Source of the DNA: an uncultured bacterium
GTDB taxonomy: Bacteria > Oederibacteriota > JAAXVQ01 > JAUVAV01
NCBI GenBank assembly: GCA_963710755.1
Contig: CAVQBK010000002.1
Location: forward strand, 198,273 to 262,272
DNA: 64,000 bases
Direction of reading: 5' to 3'
Shown here one piece after another: positions 42,027 to 52,988 of this stretch (position 1 is its first letter; each line of letters starts with the position of its first letter). Made by a program: the position numbers and the translations under genes. Under the pieces are notes generated by a model. The model had not been told where the DNA came from and did no database searches. It was given only the letters and a program-made list of their open reading frames with translations.

Positions 42027-44549
42027 ATGAAATATCCAGGTATTCCCGTGGCACTTCTACTCTTGTTTGGCCTCGGATATTTCCCTGCCACAGGCACAGC
42101 GGACCAACCCCCTGCCCTGCCGCAGGTATCGGCCATCACTCAATACGGGGCCACCTTGACATGGCCTGCCAAGGCTGATGCCGGTCGCTATGAAATTGCT
42201 TATGGAACCGATCCGGAGGCTTCCAACCGCGACACCTACTTTTCAGAACGCAATCAAACCAATCTGCCCCGTTTGATGCCCAATACTATTTATCATGTTA
42301 AATACCGCGCCATCTTAAAAGGCCAAGCCGGACCCTGGAGTGATATTATCACCTTCTCCACCGATGTGCCGGCAGTGCAGCAAATCAAAACCGAAGAGAT
42401 TGGCACTACCTTTGTCACCTTCACCTGGTCCGCCCGCTATGGCGACCTGCCTGATATTTTTTATGACATTGCGCGAGTTACGGATTCGAAAAGCGAACCT
42501 GTCAAGATCGACAATACCAATAAAGACCGCATTACCTTGAGCGGCCTGGAATCATCACATACTTATTTTTTCAAAATCCGCATGCGCAACCCATTGAAAA
42601 ATGGGCCTTGGAGCTCTCTCTACCGCATCACCACCCGTGCCGATCTGCGCACCAGCGCGCCCTCCAAGCTGAAAGCTAAGAGCTTAAATCCGCAGGATGT
42701 GCTTTTAACTTGGGAGCCGGTACTCAACAGTTTATCCTATGAGTGCCAGATCATTTTCCCGGGACGAAGAACGTCGATTGTCAGCACCAAAGACAGCCGT
42801 CTTACCCTGGTGCTGCACCCCAATGAAAGTTATCAGTTTAAGGTCAGGGCCACCACTATCGGGGATACCACCCAGTGGAGTACAGCGGTCAGCCTGTTAA
42901 CCCTGCCTGAAGTGCCCAAGGAAATCACGGTGGCCGCTCAGACCGTCAATGAAACTATATTGAATTGGGCAACGCCCTCCGGCCGCGGGAGCGACCTCAC
43001 TTATGAAATCAGCTGGGGCACCAGCTTCACGGCCAGTAATTTGGGGGTGCTTAAAAACGAGCAGCCCAGCATCACCTTCAGCAAGCTCCGTCCTGATACC
43101 ACCTATTATGCCAAAGTCCGCAGTGTCAATGCCACCGGCAAAAGCGAGTGGAGCCCCTATGTTAGTTTTACCACCCTGCCGGAAAAATTGACCAATATCA
43201 TGATCAACCAAATCACCCATGAATCCGCCCGGGTAGAATGGCCTCCCGTGGATCGGGCCGTCACGTATGAGCTTTCCTATGGATCGGATTTTAATGCCAG
43301 TCAGCACAGCCTTTCTGATTTAAAAAAAACCGAACTGGTCTTAAACGATCTGATTCCGGACTTAAATTATTACGTCAAGATCCGTCCCATTTTGCCCAAT
43401 CTGGTTTACGGAGCCTGGTCATCCATTGCGGGGTTTAAAACGCTGCCGGTGCCGGACCTGGCCAAGGCCCCCAGGGTGGATAAAATTACGGCCGATGAAA
43501 TTGATTTGAGCTGGTCGTCCATTCCTAACAGTAGTAAATATGAGATCATGCTTTCTAAAGACCCCGCTTTAATCGACGGTCAACGCATCATGGCGCATGA
43601 GCTGCAGGCCGCCCTGATGTCCCTGCAAAGCAATCAACGCTACTATATTAAGCTGCGGGGCATTAATGACGGCGGGCCGGGCGATTGGTCACCAAGCGTA
43701 GCCGTCACCACCACGCCCGTTGGGCCGCCCGACAATCTCATTGCCAGCGATGTCAATCCCTTTGACACGGTTATTACCTGGGAACCGGCTACGGGCAACG
43801 GCCAGCTGACCTACAACCTGCGCTACGCCGTGGGCAGTGCTGATTGGGAGGAGGTCAACGGTCTTTCCATCTATACCCATCAACTAACCAACCTGTCGCC
43901 CAACACCACCTACCACGTGCAGGTCAACAGTCATAATCCCAGCGGTACCACGGCATGGTCCAAGGAAATCAGTTTTCAAACTCCGCCGGCCCCGCCGCAA
44001 GAAGCCCCCACCGGCCTGATCATCACCAACCTTACCGACATCAGCCTGGAATGTACATGGCATCGTATGCCCAAGGTCAGCGGTTATGTCATCAGTTATG
44101 GTACGGACACGGATGCCATTAACTTGGGTGAAATCAAGACACAACGTATCCGTCAGCTTTTCAAGAATCTCGTCCCTGAATCACCCTATTATTTTAAAGT
44201 TAAATCTTATAACGACACCGGCGAGAGTCCGTGGAGTAATATTTTGTATGCCTTTACTAAAACCACACCGCCCATGACCGCACCGTCCAATGTGACCCTC
44301 ATGGACCCCCAAGCCTTCTCGGTTTCCGTCAATTGGACCACCAGCATACGCGTCAATTATTACGAAGTCAGCGTGGGCACTGATCCTGAAGCCAGTAACC
44401 AGGGCGATCCTGTTATCGTACAGGATCCGCCTTACAGCTACAATCGTCTGGAGCCCAATGGCACTTATTACCTTAAAGTGCGCCAGGTGAACAATGGTGG
44501 ACCTGGGCCTTGGAGCCGCATTATTAAATTTCAGACACCTATGGAATAA
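42027..44549 (+). CDS. Secreted protein made of about nine tandem fibronectin type III domains
   Basis: Signal peptide; ~90-aa repeats W...Y...L.P.T.Y..VR..N..G.WS....F.T; GAGGTG RBS. Confidence 0.88.
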   Translation: MKYPGIPVALLLLFGLGYFPATGTADQPPALPQVSAITQYGATLTWPAKADAGRYEIAYGTDPEASNRDTYFSERNQTNLPRLMPNTIYHVKYRAILKGQAGPWSDIITFSTDVPAVQQIKTEEIGTTFVTFTWSARYGDLPDIFYDIARVTDSKSEPVKIDNTNKDRITLSGLESSHTYFFKIRMRNPLKNGPWSSLYRITTRADLRTSAPSKLKAKSLNPQDVLLTWEPVLNSLSYECQIIFPGRRTSIVSTKDSRLTLVLHPNESYQFKVRATTIGDTTQWSTAVSLLTLPEVPKEITVAAQTVNETILNWATPSGRGSDLTYEISWGTSFTASNLGVLKNEQPSITFSKLRPDTTYYAKVRSVNATGKSEWSPYVSFTTLPEKLTNIMINQITHESARVEWPPVDRAVTYELSYGSDFNASQHSLSDLKKTELVLNDLIPDLNYYVKIRPILPNLVYGAWSSIAGFKTLPVPDLAKAPRVDKITADEIDLSWSSIPNSSKYEIMLSKDPALIDGQRIMAHELQAALMSLQSNQRYYIKLRGINDGGPGDWSPSVAVTTTPVGPPDNLIASDVNPFDTVITWEPATGNGQLTYNLRYAVGSADWEEVNGLSIYTHQLTNLSPNTTYHVQVNSHNPSGTTAWSKEISFQTPPAPPQEAPTGLIITNLTDISLECTWHRMPKVSGYVISYGTDTDAINLGEIKTQRIRQLFKNLVPESPYYFKVKSYNDTGESPWSNILYAFTKTTPPMTAPSNVTLMDPQAFSVSVNWTTSIRVNYYEVSVGTDPEASNQGDPVIVQDPPYSYNRLEPNGTYYLKVRQVNNGGPGPWSRIIKFQTPME

Positions 44550-44560
44550 AGAACTGACGT

Positions 44561-44600
44561 TATCCTAATACCCTGCAAAAAATTGCGGGGTATTAGGATA
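44561..44600 (+). terminator. Strong hairpin just after the FN3 gene
   Basis: TATCCTAATACCCTGCAA-AAAA-TTGCGGGGTATTAGGATA; no clear U-tract. Confidence 0.45.
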
Positions 44601-44644
44601 CGATCTGAAATTATCCCCAACCGGCGTCTCTCTGCCAAGCCACC

Positions 44645-45365
44645 ATGGACAGCGATACAGTCTCGACCAGGAAAATCGACCGCCTAGCCAAAAGTTTGGG
44701 GATAGAGCGCATTTCTGCCGGTCAGGTATCGGCACTGAACAAGGGCCTTAACGAACAAGTAGAAGAATACCGTAATCGGCCATTGGCGGCGATCTATCCA
44801 TTTATCTGGGTGGACGCGCTGTATGAAAAAGTACGGCTCGATGGAGAAATCCTGCCTGTAGCGGTGATGGTGGCCTTTGGCATCAATGAGTCGGGAAAAC
44901 GAGAAATATTAGGGATAGAACCGATGATGGATGAATCGGCAGAGAATTGGAAAGCCTTTTTGTGCAAACTTAAGTCCAGGGGTCTCGAAAGGTGGCCATG
45001 TTGGTCAGGGATGCAATAGAGAGCTGCAGAAAGCGCTGAGTGAAGAAATGACAGGCTGCAAATGGCAGAGATGTAAAGTCCACTTTATGAGAAACATCAT
45101 GGCAACGGTACCAGGCAAAGGCAAGTATCGGTTTGCAGAGCGGCTGAAACAAATCTGGCTGCAACCAGACAAGGAAAGTGCCATGGAAATGGCGGGCAAT
45201 TGATAGCAGCCTATGAAAAACGGTATCCAGAGGCCATCAGCTGCCTAGAGGAAGGTCTGGAGGACTCCTTGCAATTTTATACTCATGCTGAAATTGACAA
45301 GCGTAAGATAGCCTCCACCAATGTATTGGAACGCTTAAATAAGGAAATCGGCGCCGCAGCGGGTG
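44645..45365 (+). mobile_element. IS256-family transposase remnant (truncated, frameshifted)
   Basis: VSTRKI..LGIE.IS..QVS, YPFIWVDALYEKVR, G.REILG, WQRCKVHFMRN, STNVLERLNKEI spread over three frames; 5' part missing. Confidence 0.88.
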
Positions 45366-45659
45366 TGGAAAACACCCTTCCTATAATATCTTGATTAATG
45401 TTTCTTGGCGTCCTAGGGGTGGGCGTGGATTATTAATTATCCATCCTGATCGTTAAACTATGGCGATAAAGGAGACGCTTTCGGCTGGGTAAAAACCGTA
45501 AATCATGGAGACCTATAATCCAATCAGGCGGGGGTTTCACAGGCAGGGATGGCATCAGATAAAATGGAAATCAGAAAACGGTTAAAGGACAGCTTAAGCA
45601 AGGCCAGCCAACCTCTATTTAGAAAACACGGTTATAACCGCTGAATGTCCACGCCCGGT

Positions 45660-46292
45660 TCAGGGCAATTTATATCCCTCCTGCAGATGCGTTTTTAATG
45701 AGGTCACTTTAGCAACAGTTTTTTCCAGAAGCTGCTGCTTTTTACCCTTGGTTTTATCCAAAGCTTGCACTTGAGTCAAGAGCTCGCTGATTTCCAGAAT
45801 CGCTGCTCTTTCCGATTGGACTTTGGTGCGCAGCTGCAAAATCATGTCATTGATCTTTTCAGCCAGATATTTAAATTCATCGCTTTTTCTGAGATTGACC
45901 TGAAAATGCAAATCCCCTTTGGCAATAGCTTCCAGGGAACGCTCAAAGCGAAACATGGGGCCAGCAATCTTATGGGAAATGAACACCGCCAACACCGCTG
46001 CTACTGCCATAAACACCACCAGAAGAATGATCAGGGAAAAATTAGTAGAGATAAACAACGGGGCATATTGCCGGGCCACATCGGCCAACTCGTAAAAGGC
46101 GTCCATGATCCTGGCCCAGGTGGTGTAATAAACGGTCATGGCCACCACAAAAGCCATGATCATGATGCCAAAGATGATCTTGCCCACATAACGAAGTTGG
46201 AAATCCTTGTTGATTAAATAATTGCGCCGTCTCAGAATCCATAGCTGCATGAGAGATGCCTCCATGAGTAAACTACCTCTGTCCGCTTGCAC
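45660..46292 (-). CDS. Membrane protein with HAMP domain
   Basis: RRNYLINKDFQLRY, two TMs, SHKIAGPMFRFE...GDL...LRKSDEF..LA..IN. Start uncertain. Confidence 0.78.
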   Translation of the reverse strand: MQADRGSLLMEASLMQLWILRRRNYLINKDFQLRYVGKIIFGIMIMAFVVAMTVYYTTWARIMDAFYELADVARQYAPLFISTNFSLIILLVVFMAVAAVLAVFISHKIAGPMFRFERSLEAIAKGDLHFQVNLRKSDEFKYLAEKINDMILQLRTKVQSERAAILEISELLTQVQALDKTKGKKQQLLEKTVAKVTSLKTHLQEGYKLP

Positions 46293-46341
46293 GTCAAAGG
46301 TGGTGCCTACAAATAATCCTGCCGTTTTCAGACCCTATCGC

Positions 46342-46770
46342 CTAGTAACTGGAATAGGCATTACCGCGTGTATCCAATCCAATGGAATTAACAAAAATCC
46401 GCCCGTTCTCATAATTGTAATACCACCCCCGGCCATAACCGACAGGTGAGCTGGTGCCATAAATCACTTCGCCGCCCTGAGGCGACAAAACACCGCCTTT
46501 GGGATGCAGCGGCGGCACCGCCGGCATGGCTTCCATATAGCGGCCAAAAGGGGAATTGGGATTTAAATCTCTGGGAAAAACGCCTTGATGGTCCTGATAG
46601 TAGAGTAAAATGGCTTGCCGGAGATCATAGAGGTGGCCGATGGTGGTGCCTTCCCTGGTCTTCTCCATAAGCACGGAGAATCGAAAATAAGCCAGGATAC
46701 ATAGGATCGCCAGAATCAGCACAGGAAAAATAAAGCGCCGGATGAATGCGATGACAGCGTTGTTGCTCAT
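46342..46770 (-). CDS. Type II secretion/pilin-like protein (GspG-like)
   Basis: Hydrophobic N-terminal helix, K.REG.T.G.L..LR.AI..YY.D..G.FP, GWYY...G.IFVN. Confidence 0.62.
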   Translation of the reverse strand: MSNNAVIAFIRRFIFPVLILAILCILAYFRFSVLMEKTREGTTIGHLYDLRQAILLYYQDHQGVFPRDLNPNSPFGRYMEAMPAVPPLHPKGGVLSPQGGEVIYGTSSPVGYGRGWYYNYENGRIFVNSIGLDTRGNAYSSY

Positions 46771-46879
46771 AAGGCCTCCTTGATAACCCACACCACTCCC
46801 GTTTTTTACCCCACTGCCTTACCCCGCAGTAGCATGAGCAAGGTGTAGGCAATCGCTGGATGGTGCCAATGTCTTACTA

Positions 46880-47701
46880 TTAGTGTCGGCCTTTTTTCAA
46901 AATTTCTGTCATTTTTTTATGAATTTTTCCATTGCTGGCGGCAATGGCGTGATCATAGACGGTAGTTTTTTGTCCGGCGAATCCGCTCCATTGACCGCCG
47001 GCTTCCGTGATCATCAAGGCTCCGGCGGCAATGTCCCAGGGTTTGAGCTTCATTTCCCAAAAGCCATCAAACCGGCCGCAGGCCACATTGCATAAATCCA
47101 GGGCCGCCGAACCGGCCCGACGAATGGCTTGGCTTTGGGCGGAGAAATGATAAAAATGATCAATATTATTTTTTTTGCTGGTTCGGAAGTCATAGGGGAA
47201 ACCGGTTCCCAGCAAGGCTTCCTCCAAACGGGTGGTGGTTGAAACCCGGATGGGCTTATCATTCAGGGTGGCCCCTTTACCCCGTTGGGCAAAAAACAAT
47301 TCGTTAAGCATGGGATTATAGACGGCGCCTAAAATGATGCGGCCGTCTTTTTCAATAGCTGCGGAAACACAAAAATGGGGAAACCCGTGGGCATAATTGG
47401 TTGTCCCGTCCAAGGGATCAATGATCCAGCGTATGCCCCCAGTCAGCGGGATCATGGGCCAGGACCGTTTTTCATCTTCCATCAACTCTTCGGAGAGCAC
47501 ATCATGGCTGGGAAACCGTTTTTTAATGGCATGAAGAAACAAGGCCTCTGCGGCTTTATCCATCTCGGTAACAATATTGCTGGGACCGCCCTTAAAGGTG
47601 ACGTCATGGAGGTTACTGATATTTTTTTTCAGGAGCCGTCCGGCTTGCTTGGTTAATTGAAGCAACAGCTCGGTTAAGGTAGATATGGAGGCTGTAACCA
47701 T
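46880..47701 (-). CDS. suhB: Inositol monophosphatase
   Basis: VTEMD, SEE, WIIDPLDGTTNYAHG, RRAGSAALDL, WDIAAG. Confidence 0.92.
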   Translation of the reverse strand: MVTASISTLTELLLQLTKQAGRLLKKNISNLHDVTFKGGPSNIVTEMDKAAEALFLHAIKKRFPSHDVLSEELMEDEKRSWPMIPLTGGIRWIIDPLDGTTNYAHGFPHFCVSAAIEKDGRIILGAVYNPMLNELFFAQRGKGATLNDKPIRVSTTTRLEEALLGTGFPYDFRTSKKNNIDHFYHFSAQSQAIRRAGSAALDLCNVACGRFDGFWEMKLKPWDIAAGALMITEAGGQWSGFAGQKTTVYDHAIAASNGKIHKKMTEILKKGRH

Positions 47702-47747
47702 GGTTTTTCCTTTGTCATCTTTTTGACATCGCCTTTTTGGCGAACCC

Positions 47748-49295
47748 CTATTTTAACCAGTTGGGTTGAAAAACAGTAAAGCGTATATTGAAAAATCCTA
47801 AAAAAGCCCAGCCTTGATCCCAATGCATATAGGACACATCAAAATTAAACAAGCGGTCCACATGGAGATTAATGAGGTAAGGATGCTGACGGGTCTCGAA
47901 AGTTTCCTGCATGGGATAAATAATTTCCAGGGCGGCGTTCATACGGCGCACAATAGGAAAATCAAACCCCAGGTAGACCAACTGGTTGGTTACTTCTGTA
48001 TCCAGATATTTAGAAAGATAAAAAATCGGATTACCGTAATTGCCGTAAAGGTACCCGCCATGTACTCCAAACTGCCCAAAACTGCGGCTCAGGGCCAGAT
48101 ACCCGCCGTAAAGGTAGTCAAATTCCGACTTGTCGGAAAAAGTAAAGCTGCCGCTGTTGGTGGATTGCTGTCCTGCAAAAAGCTGCATTCCGCCTTTAGC
48201 GCCCACAGCCAAAGCCAGAGGAGACTGCCGCTCGGTCAATGCTGTATATTTGATGTCGCCTGAAAGCAGCCAGACACTGATGGGGTCAAGATAAACCGCC
48301 AACGGCGACAAGCTTGGTTCCTGCTCACCGTAGAGGGTGCCGATATAATAGGTAAACTGAAGATCCAAATTGAGCCCGCGGTCCATCAAGCCATTGCCCC
48401 GGTAAGCCGTGGACATGAGCACAAGGCCGTTACGGTCACGGGGCCGGGCATAAGCGGTCACTGTATTGGAAGCTGTACTCGTCTGACCCCGCTGGTCTAC
48501 GGTGGCCACATAATACTCATAAGTCTGCCCCATTTGCCCGGTGTTATCATAGTAGTAATCTTTTTTGTCGGGCTTGGCCGGATTAAGACATTGGGGTTCT
48601 TCACTGGCCAATCGTCGGTATACCAAATAGCCCTCAATATCAAAAGATGTTTTCTCAGCTTTTTGCCAACGGACCTGGGTCCGTTCCGGCAAAGATTCCC
48701 CGGACAGTACTACCGGCGGATGAGGCAATTGCGCCGGTGCCAGAAAGGCCACAAGCTTGTTACTGGCCTGCAGGGAATTGCCTTGCCCATCGAGCACGGT
48801 CACTGCATATTCATAATAGGTCTTGGCCTGGACAGAAACATCCTGATAGGAAGCCAGGGGCACCACCACGGTGGTAACGGCCTGGGCATGGTCACCCGTT
48901 AAATCAACGCGGGTTAATTGATACCCGCCGAAATTAGCCCAGGCTGTGGGACTGTTGTTCCAGGATACGAAGATGGATTCCGCCGTGGCTGTAAAGGTAA
49001 TGGCCATGGGATCATGGGCCTGATTGTTCGCCGTGGCCAGGGACATGACTTCCACGGGCGGATTATTGGCCGCCGCGGTTCCGGGATTTCCAGCTTGGGC
49101 CGTGGTCGGATTACTGGTCATGCCGGCCTGAGCAGTAAGCGTACTGCTTTGACCTTCGGCCAGGAGCCGGTTTTTTTCCGCCAAAGCTCTTAAGGCCTTG
49201 TCAATGGGAGAGCTCCAGGCCGGCGCCGGCAGAATGGCCAGCATCCCCAGAAGTCCCAACCCCATCATGATCGTGCCGGCTTTTATCGCATGCAC
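47748..49295 (-). CDS. Exported protein with FN3-like domains and a probable C-terminal beta-barrel
   Basis: Signal peptide; two Y.D..V...Y.Y.V FN3-like modules; C-terminal amphipathic Gly/aromatic-rich strands. Confidence 0.65.
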   Translation of the reverse strand: MHAIKAGTIMMGLGLLGMLAILPAPAWSSPIDKALRALAEKNRLLAEGQSSTLTAQAGMTSNPTTAQAGNPGTAAANNPPVEVMSLATANNQAHDPMAITFTATAESIFVSWNNSPTAWANFGGYQLTRVDLTGDHAQAVTTVVVPLASYQDVSVQAKTYYEYAVTVLDGQGNSLQASNKLVAFLAPAQLPHPPVVLSGESLPERTQVRWQKAEKTSFDIEGYLVYRRLASEEPQCLNPAKPDKKDYYYDNTGQMGQTYEYYVATVDQRGQTSTASNTVTAYARPRDRNGLVLMSTAYRGNGLMDRGLNLDLQFTYYIGTLYGEQEPSLSPLAVYLDPISVWLLSGDIKYTALTERQSPLALAVGAKGGMQLFAGQQSTNSGSFTFSDKSEFDYLYGGYLALSRSFGQFGVHGGYLYGNYGNPIFYLSKYLDTEVTNQLVYLGFDFPIVRRMNAALEIIYPMQETFETRQHPYLINLHVDRLFNFDVSYMHWDQGWAFLGFFNIRFTVFQPNWLK

Positions 49296-49309
49296 CAGTT
49301 ACATACCCC

Positions 49310-49879
49310 TTAACGCGATTGATCCAGAAAATTTTTCAACAGTTGTTTACCCGCAGTGGTCAAGATGGACTCAGGATGAAACTGAACCCCTTCGGTTTTA
49401 TAGTCCACATGCTTGAGTCCCATGATTTCTTTTTCTTTGGTCATGGCGGTCACATGCAGACAGGAAGGCAGATGATCATTGGCCACCAGCAGGGAATGAT
49501 AGCGCGTGGCCACCATGGGATTAGGCAGGCCTTTGAACACCCCCTGGCCATGATGAATAACCTGGGAGGTTTTGCCGTGCATTAGGCGTTTGGCTCTGAT
49601 CACTTTGCCCCCAAAAGCTTCGGCAATGCATTGATGCCCCAGACACACCCCTAAAATGGGAATAGTGGGCGCAAAAGTTTTAATGGTTTCCACTGAGATA
49701 CCGGCTTCCTTGGGTGTGCATGGTCCGGGAGAAATGACGATTTGATCCGGTTTGAGGCGGGCAATTTTGGGTAGATCAATTTCATCGTTGCGGTAGACCC
49801 TGACTTTTTGCCCCAACTCGCCCAGATATTGCACCAGGTTGTAAGTAAAGGAATCATAATTATCAATCATTAAGATCAT
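49310..49879 (-). CDS. trpG: Anthranilate synthase component II / PabA glutamine amidotransferase
   Basis: [33 protein letters not shown]; next to trpE. Confidence 0.92.
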   Translation of the reverse strand: MILMIDNYDSFTYNLVQYLGELGQKVRVYRNDEIDLPKIARLKPDQIVISPGPCTPKEAGISVETIKTFAPTIPILGVCLGHQCIAEAFGGKVIRAKRLMHGKTSQVIHHGQGVFKGLPNPMVATRYHSLLVANDHLPSCLHVTAMTKEKEIMGLKHVDYKTEGVQFHPESILTTAGKQLLKNFLDQSR

Positions 49880-49882
49880 GGC

Positions 49883-51385
49883 CTATCTCCTTGTCCTGGA
49901 AGGCACCACATGAGAGGGCCATCCGGCATGGGCCAATTCCAAGGCCTTGACTAAGGCCCGCATTTTGTTGAGGGTCTCCTGATACTCTTTTTCCGGAACA
50001 GAATCCGCTACAATGCCCGCGGCAGCCTGCAAGTAGTAGGTCCCCTTGGAATATAGAATAGTCCGGATAGTAATGGCCGTGTCCAGATTGCCGCCATAGG
50101 AAAAATACCCGACCGTACCGGCATAGGGCCCGCGGCGACAGGTTTCCAATTCATCGATAATTTCCATAGCCCTGATTTTGGGGGCGCCTGTAACCGTACC
50201 AGCCGGAAAAGCGGCCCGCAGGGTATCGAATTGGTCGTGCCCCGGTTGGAGTTTACCTTCCACCAAGGAGACAATATGCATCACATGAGAGTAGCGCTCG
50301 ATCACCATGAGCTCGGGCACATGCACCGTCCCGGGCTTGCAAACGCGACCCAGATCATTGCGCCCCAGATCGACGAGCATGATGTGTTCCGCCCGTTCCT
50401 TGGGATCATTAAGCAGCTGATGCTCAAGCTTTTTGTCCTCTTCCACACTTTCCCCGCGATGGACCGTGCCCGCAATAGGCCTGGTACTGACCAGTGATTG
50501 TTCCCGCCGCACCAGTATTTCAGGAGAAGAACCGATCAATTCACATTCCGGAAAGCGCAGATAATACATATAAGGCGAGGGATTGACCGCCCGCAATGCC
50601 CGATAAACTTCAAAGGGCTCGGCATTGACTTTGCCTGAAAGCCGCTGGGACAGTTGCACCTGGATGATATCGCCGGCCCGGATATAATCCTTACATTTGG
50701 CCACATCTTGCAAATACTTTTTCTTACTGACGTTGGAGCTCAGCTTAAACGGCCCGGCCGGTTTTCTGCGACTCAATGCAGGTAAAGGTCCGCTTAATTT
50801 CTTCTCAAGTGCATTGATGCCTGCCCGGGCCCGGCGATAAGCTGCTTCCGGACTGCCGGTGACATGCACATTGGCCACAATTTTAATGACATGCTTGACA
50901 TGGTCGAAGATCAGCAGGTTTTCCGTAAAAAACAGCATGGCTTCGGGAAGCCCCAAATCATCAGGATTGCGACCGGGCAGCCGTTCGAAATAGCGCACCA
51001 TATCATAGGACATGTACCCCACGGCGCCGCCGTGAAAGGGCGGCAGGTCCTTCACCTTGACCGGTTTATAGCGGTTCATCAAACTCCGCAGCGCGCCCAG
51101 CGGATCTCCGCCATGACCAATAATACGCGGCGTGCCGTTCACGGTGTGGCACACCACCCCACCGATCACGGAAATAGTTTCCGCCGGCTCGACCCCCAAA
51201 TAGGAATAACGCGCTATTTGTTCGCCGCCTTCCACACTTTCCAGCAAGAAAGCCTGACGCGCCTTATGGGCAATCTTTAAAAAAGCCGATACCGGTGTTT
51301 CCACATCCGCCGGGAATTCTTTAACCACCGGAATTAAATTGCCCCTGGTGCAGAGTTGTTTGAATGTTTTCAGATCAGGAACCAT
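49883..51385 (-). CDS. trpE: Anthranilate synthase component I
   Basis: LLESVEGG, NPSPYM, PIAGT, EHIMLVDLGRNDL, FPAGTVTGAPK. Start moved to ATG 51385. Confidence 0.94.
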   Translation of the reverse strand: MVPDLKTFKQLCTRGNLIPVVKEFPADVETPVSAFLKIAHKARQAFLLESVEGGEQIARYSYLGVEPAETISVIGGVVCHTVNGTPRIIGHGGDPLGALRSLMNRYKPVKVKDLPPFHGGAVGYMSYDMVRYFERLPGRNPDDLGLPEAMLFFTENLLIFDHVKHVIKIVANVHVTGSPEAAYRRARAGINALEKKLSGPLPALSRRKPAGPFKLSSNVSKKKYLQDVAKCKDYIRAGDIIQVQLSQRLSGKVNAEPFEVYRALRAVNPSPYMYYLRFPECELIGSSPEILVRREQSLVSTRPIAGTVHRGESVEEDKKLEHQLLNDPKERAEHIMLVDLGRNDLGRVCKPGTVHVPELMVIERYSHVMHIVSLVEGKLQPGHDQFDTLRAAFPAGTVTGAPKIRAMEIIDELETCRRGPYAGTVGYFSYGGNLDTAITIRTILYSKGTYYLQAAAGIVADSVPEKEYQETLNKMRALVKALELAHAGWPSHVVPSRTRR

Positions 51386-51725
51386 AGGTTTTTTCCTTTT
51401 CGTCCGCCGGGCCCAATAGCCTGTGCCGCAGCATGTGGTGAACGATGATTTCAAAATGGCCAAAACCGCTACACTGATTAACTCAATAGCGGACGTTATC
51501 TAATTCTTATTGTGGAGTTAGGCCTTTTCGATTTGAATAAAATATTCCTCTCCTCTTGGGAGGAGCCGGAGGTGAAGGATTAAGCTTTTAAATTCAAAGA
51601 CTTAAAGTGCCTCCACTAGGAGGCTGCGCCCATAGTTGTTCAGCCTCCCCCCTTGTGCCCGGAACGCTTATCCCGCCAAAAACGCTGGAGAGGGGAATGA
51701 AAGAACAACCTTTCCTCAACAAGAA

Positions 51726-52109
51726 CTATTTATTGTAAGCATCCTTGGGATCAAAGACTTTTTCGCCGTCTTCGGTTAGGCTGCCGTCTTGTTCGATTTT
51801 ACGATAGAAACAGGAACGGAAACCCACATGGCAGGCGCCTCCCACTTGCTCGATTTTCATTAGAACTGCATCCTGATCGCAATCAAGGCGCATCTCCATG
51901 ATATGTTGCAGGTGTCCCGAGGACTCGCCCTTTTTCCAAAGTTTTTGGCGGGAGCGACTGTAGTAATGGGCCACCCCGGTGGTAATGCTCAGGTTGAGGG
52001 CTTCCTCATTCATAAATGCCACCATTAAAATCTCGCCGTTGTGAGCATCCTGGGCAATGGCGGTGATCAACCCCTGGCTGTCAAATTTCATGTTTTGCGG
52101 AATAGTCAT
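51726..52109 (-). CDS. hisI: Phosphoribosyl-AMP cyclohydrolase
   Basis: [29 protein letters not shown]; no fused HisE. Confidence 0.95.
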   Translation of the reverse strand: MTIPQNMKFDSQGLITAIAQDAHNGEILMVAFMNEEALNLSITTGVAHYYSRSRQKLWKKGESSGHLQHIMEMRLDCDQDAVLMKIEQVGGACHVGFRSCFYRKIEQDGSLTEDGEKVFDPKDAYNK

Positions 52110-52196
52110 TAGTGTTTCTCCTTCACTCCATAATCAAGGGCATGATTCCAGTTGTGGTGAATCCTGCCACCTGTTGTTTGGCTGCTCTACTTAAAG

Positions 52197-52979
52197 TTAC
52201 CGGGGTCGCGGGGCTTTAACCAAGCGTACCGGAATATGATGGCGATGCAGATAACGTTTGGCCTGGCCGATGGAATATTTGCCGTAGTGAAAAATACTGG
52301 CCGCCAACACGGCATCGGCGTTGCCCTGATCGAGTACATCCACCAGATGCTGAAGATGGCCGGCACCACCGGAAGCTATCACGGGCACGCTGACGGCTTC
52401 GGCTACGGCCCGGGTCAGCGCGATGTCATATCCATTTTGTGTACCATCGCTGTCCATGGAGGTCAATAAAATTTCACCAGCACCCAGGCGCACCGCTTTT
52501 CTGGCCCAGACCAAGGCATCCATACCGGTTGGGGTGCGCCCGCCATGGATGAAGACTTCCCAACCATGGCCTTTGCTTTTACGCCGGGCATCCAAAGCCA
52601 CGACAATACAGCTGCTGCCGAACATTTCCGAGGCTTCCTTGATTAGTTCAGGATGCTGCACAGCCTGGGTGTTGATGGAAATTTTATCGGCTCCGGCTTT
52701 GAGCAGAGCACGTATGTCGCGACAAGAGCGGATACCGCCACCTACGGTCAGGGGCATGAAAATCTCATCGGCGCAACGCTCCACCACATGGAGCATGGTC
52801 TGACGGCTTTCCACGCTGGCGGTAATGTCCAAAAACACCAGTTCATCCGCTCCGGCCCGGTCATACACCTTGGCCTGCTCCACCGGATCACCGGCATCGC
52901 GCAGGTGCACAAAGTGCACACCTTTCACAACCCGGCCGTCTTTAACATCCAAACAGGGAATAATTCTTTTGGCTAACAT
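52197..52979 (-). CDS. hisF: Imidazole glycerol phosphate synthase cyclase subunit
   Basis: [34 protein letters not shown]. Confidence 0.97.
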   Translation of the reverse strand: MLAKRIIPCLDVKDGRVVKGVHFVHLRDAGDPVEQAKVYDRAGADELVFLDITASVESRQTMLHVVERCADEIFMPLTVGGGIRSCRDIRALLKAGADKISINTQAVQHPELIKEASEMFGSSCIVVALDARRKSKGHGWEVFIHGGRTPTGMDALVWARKAVRLGAGEILLTSMDSDGTQNGYDIALTRAVAEAVSVPVIASGGAGHLQHLVDVLDQGNADAVLAASIFHYGKYSIGQAKRYLHRHHIPVRLVKAPRPR

Positions 52980-52988
52980 GCTTTCATC

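Noticed and set aside
51540-51700. Degenerate CCTCTCC/GGAGAGG hairpins between hisI and trpE (attenuator, T-box or repeat?)
   Set aside because: No Trp leader peptide or T-box consensus is visible, and pairing is weak.
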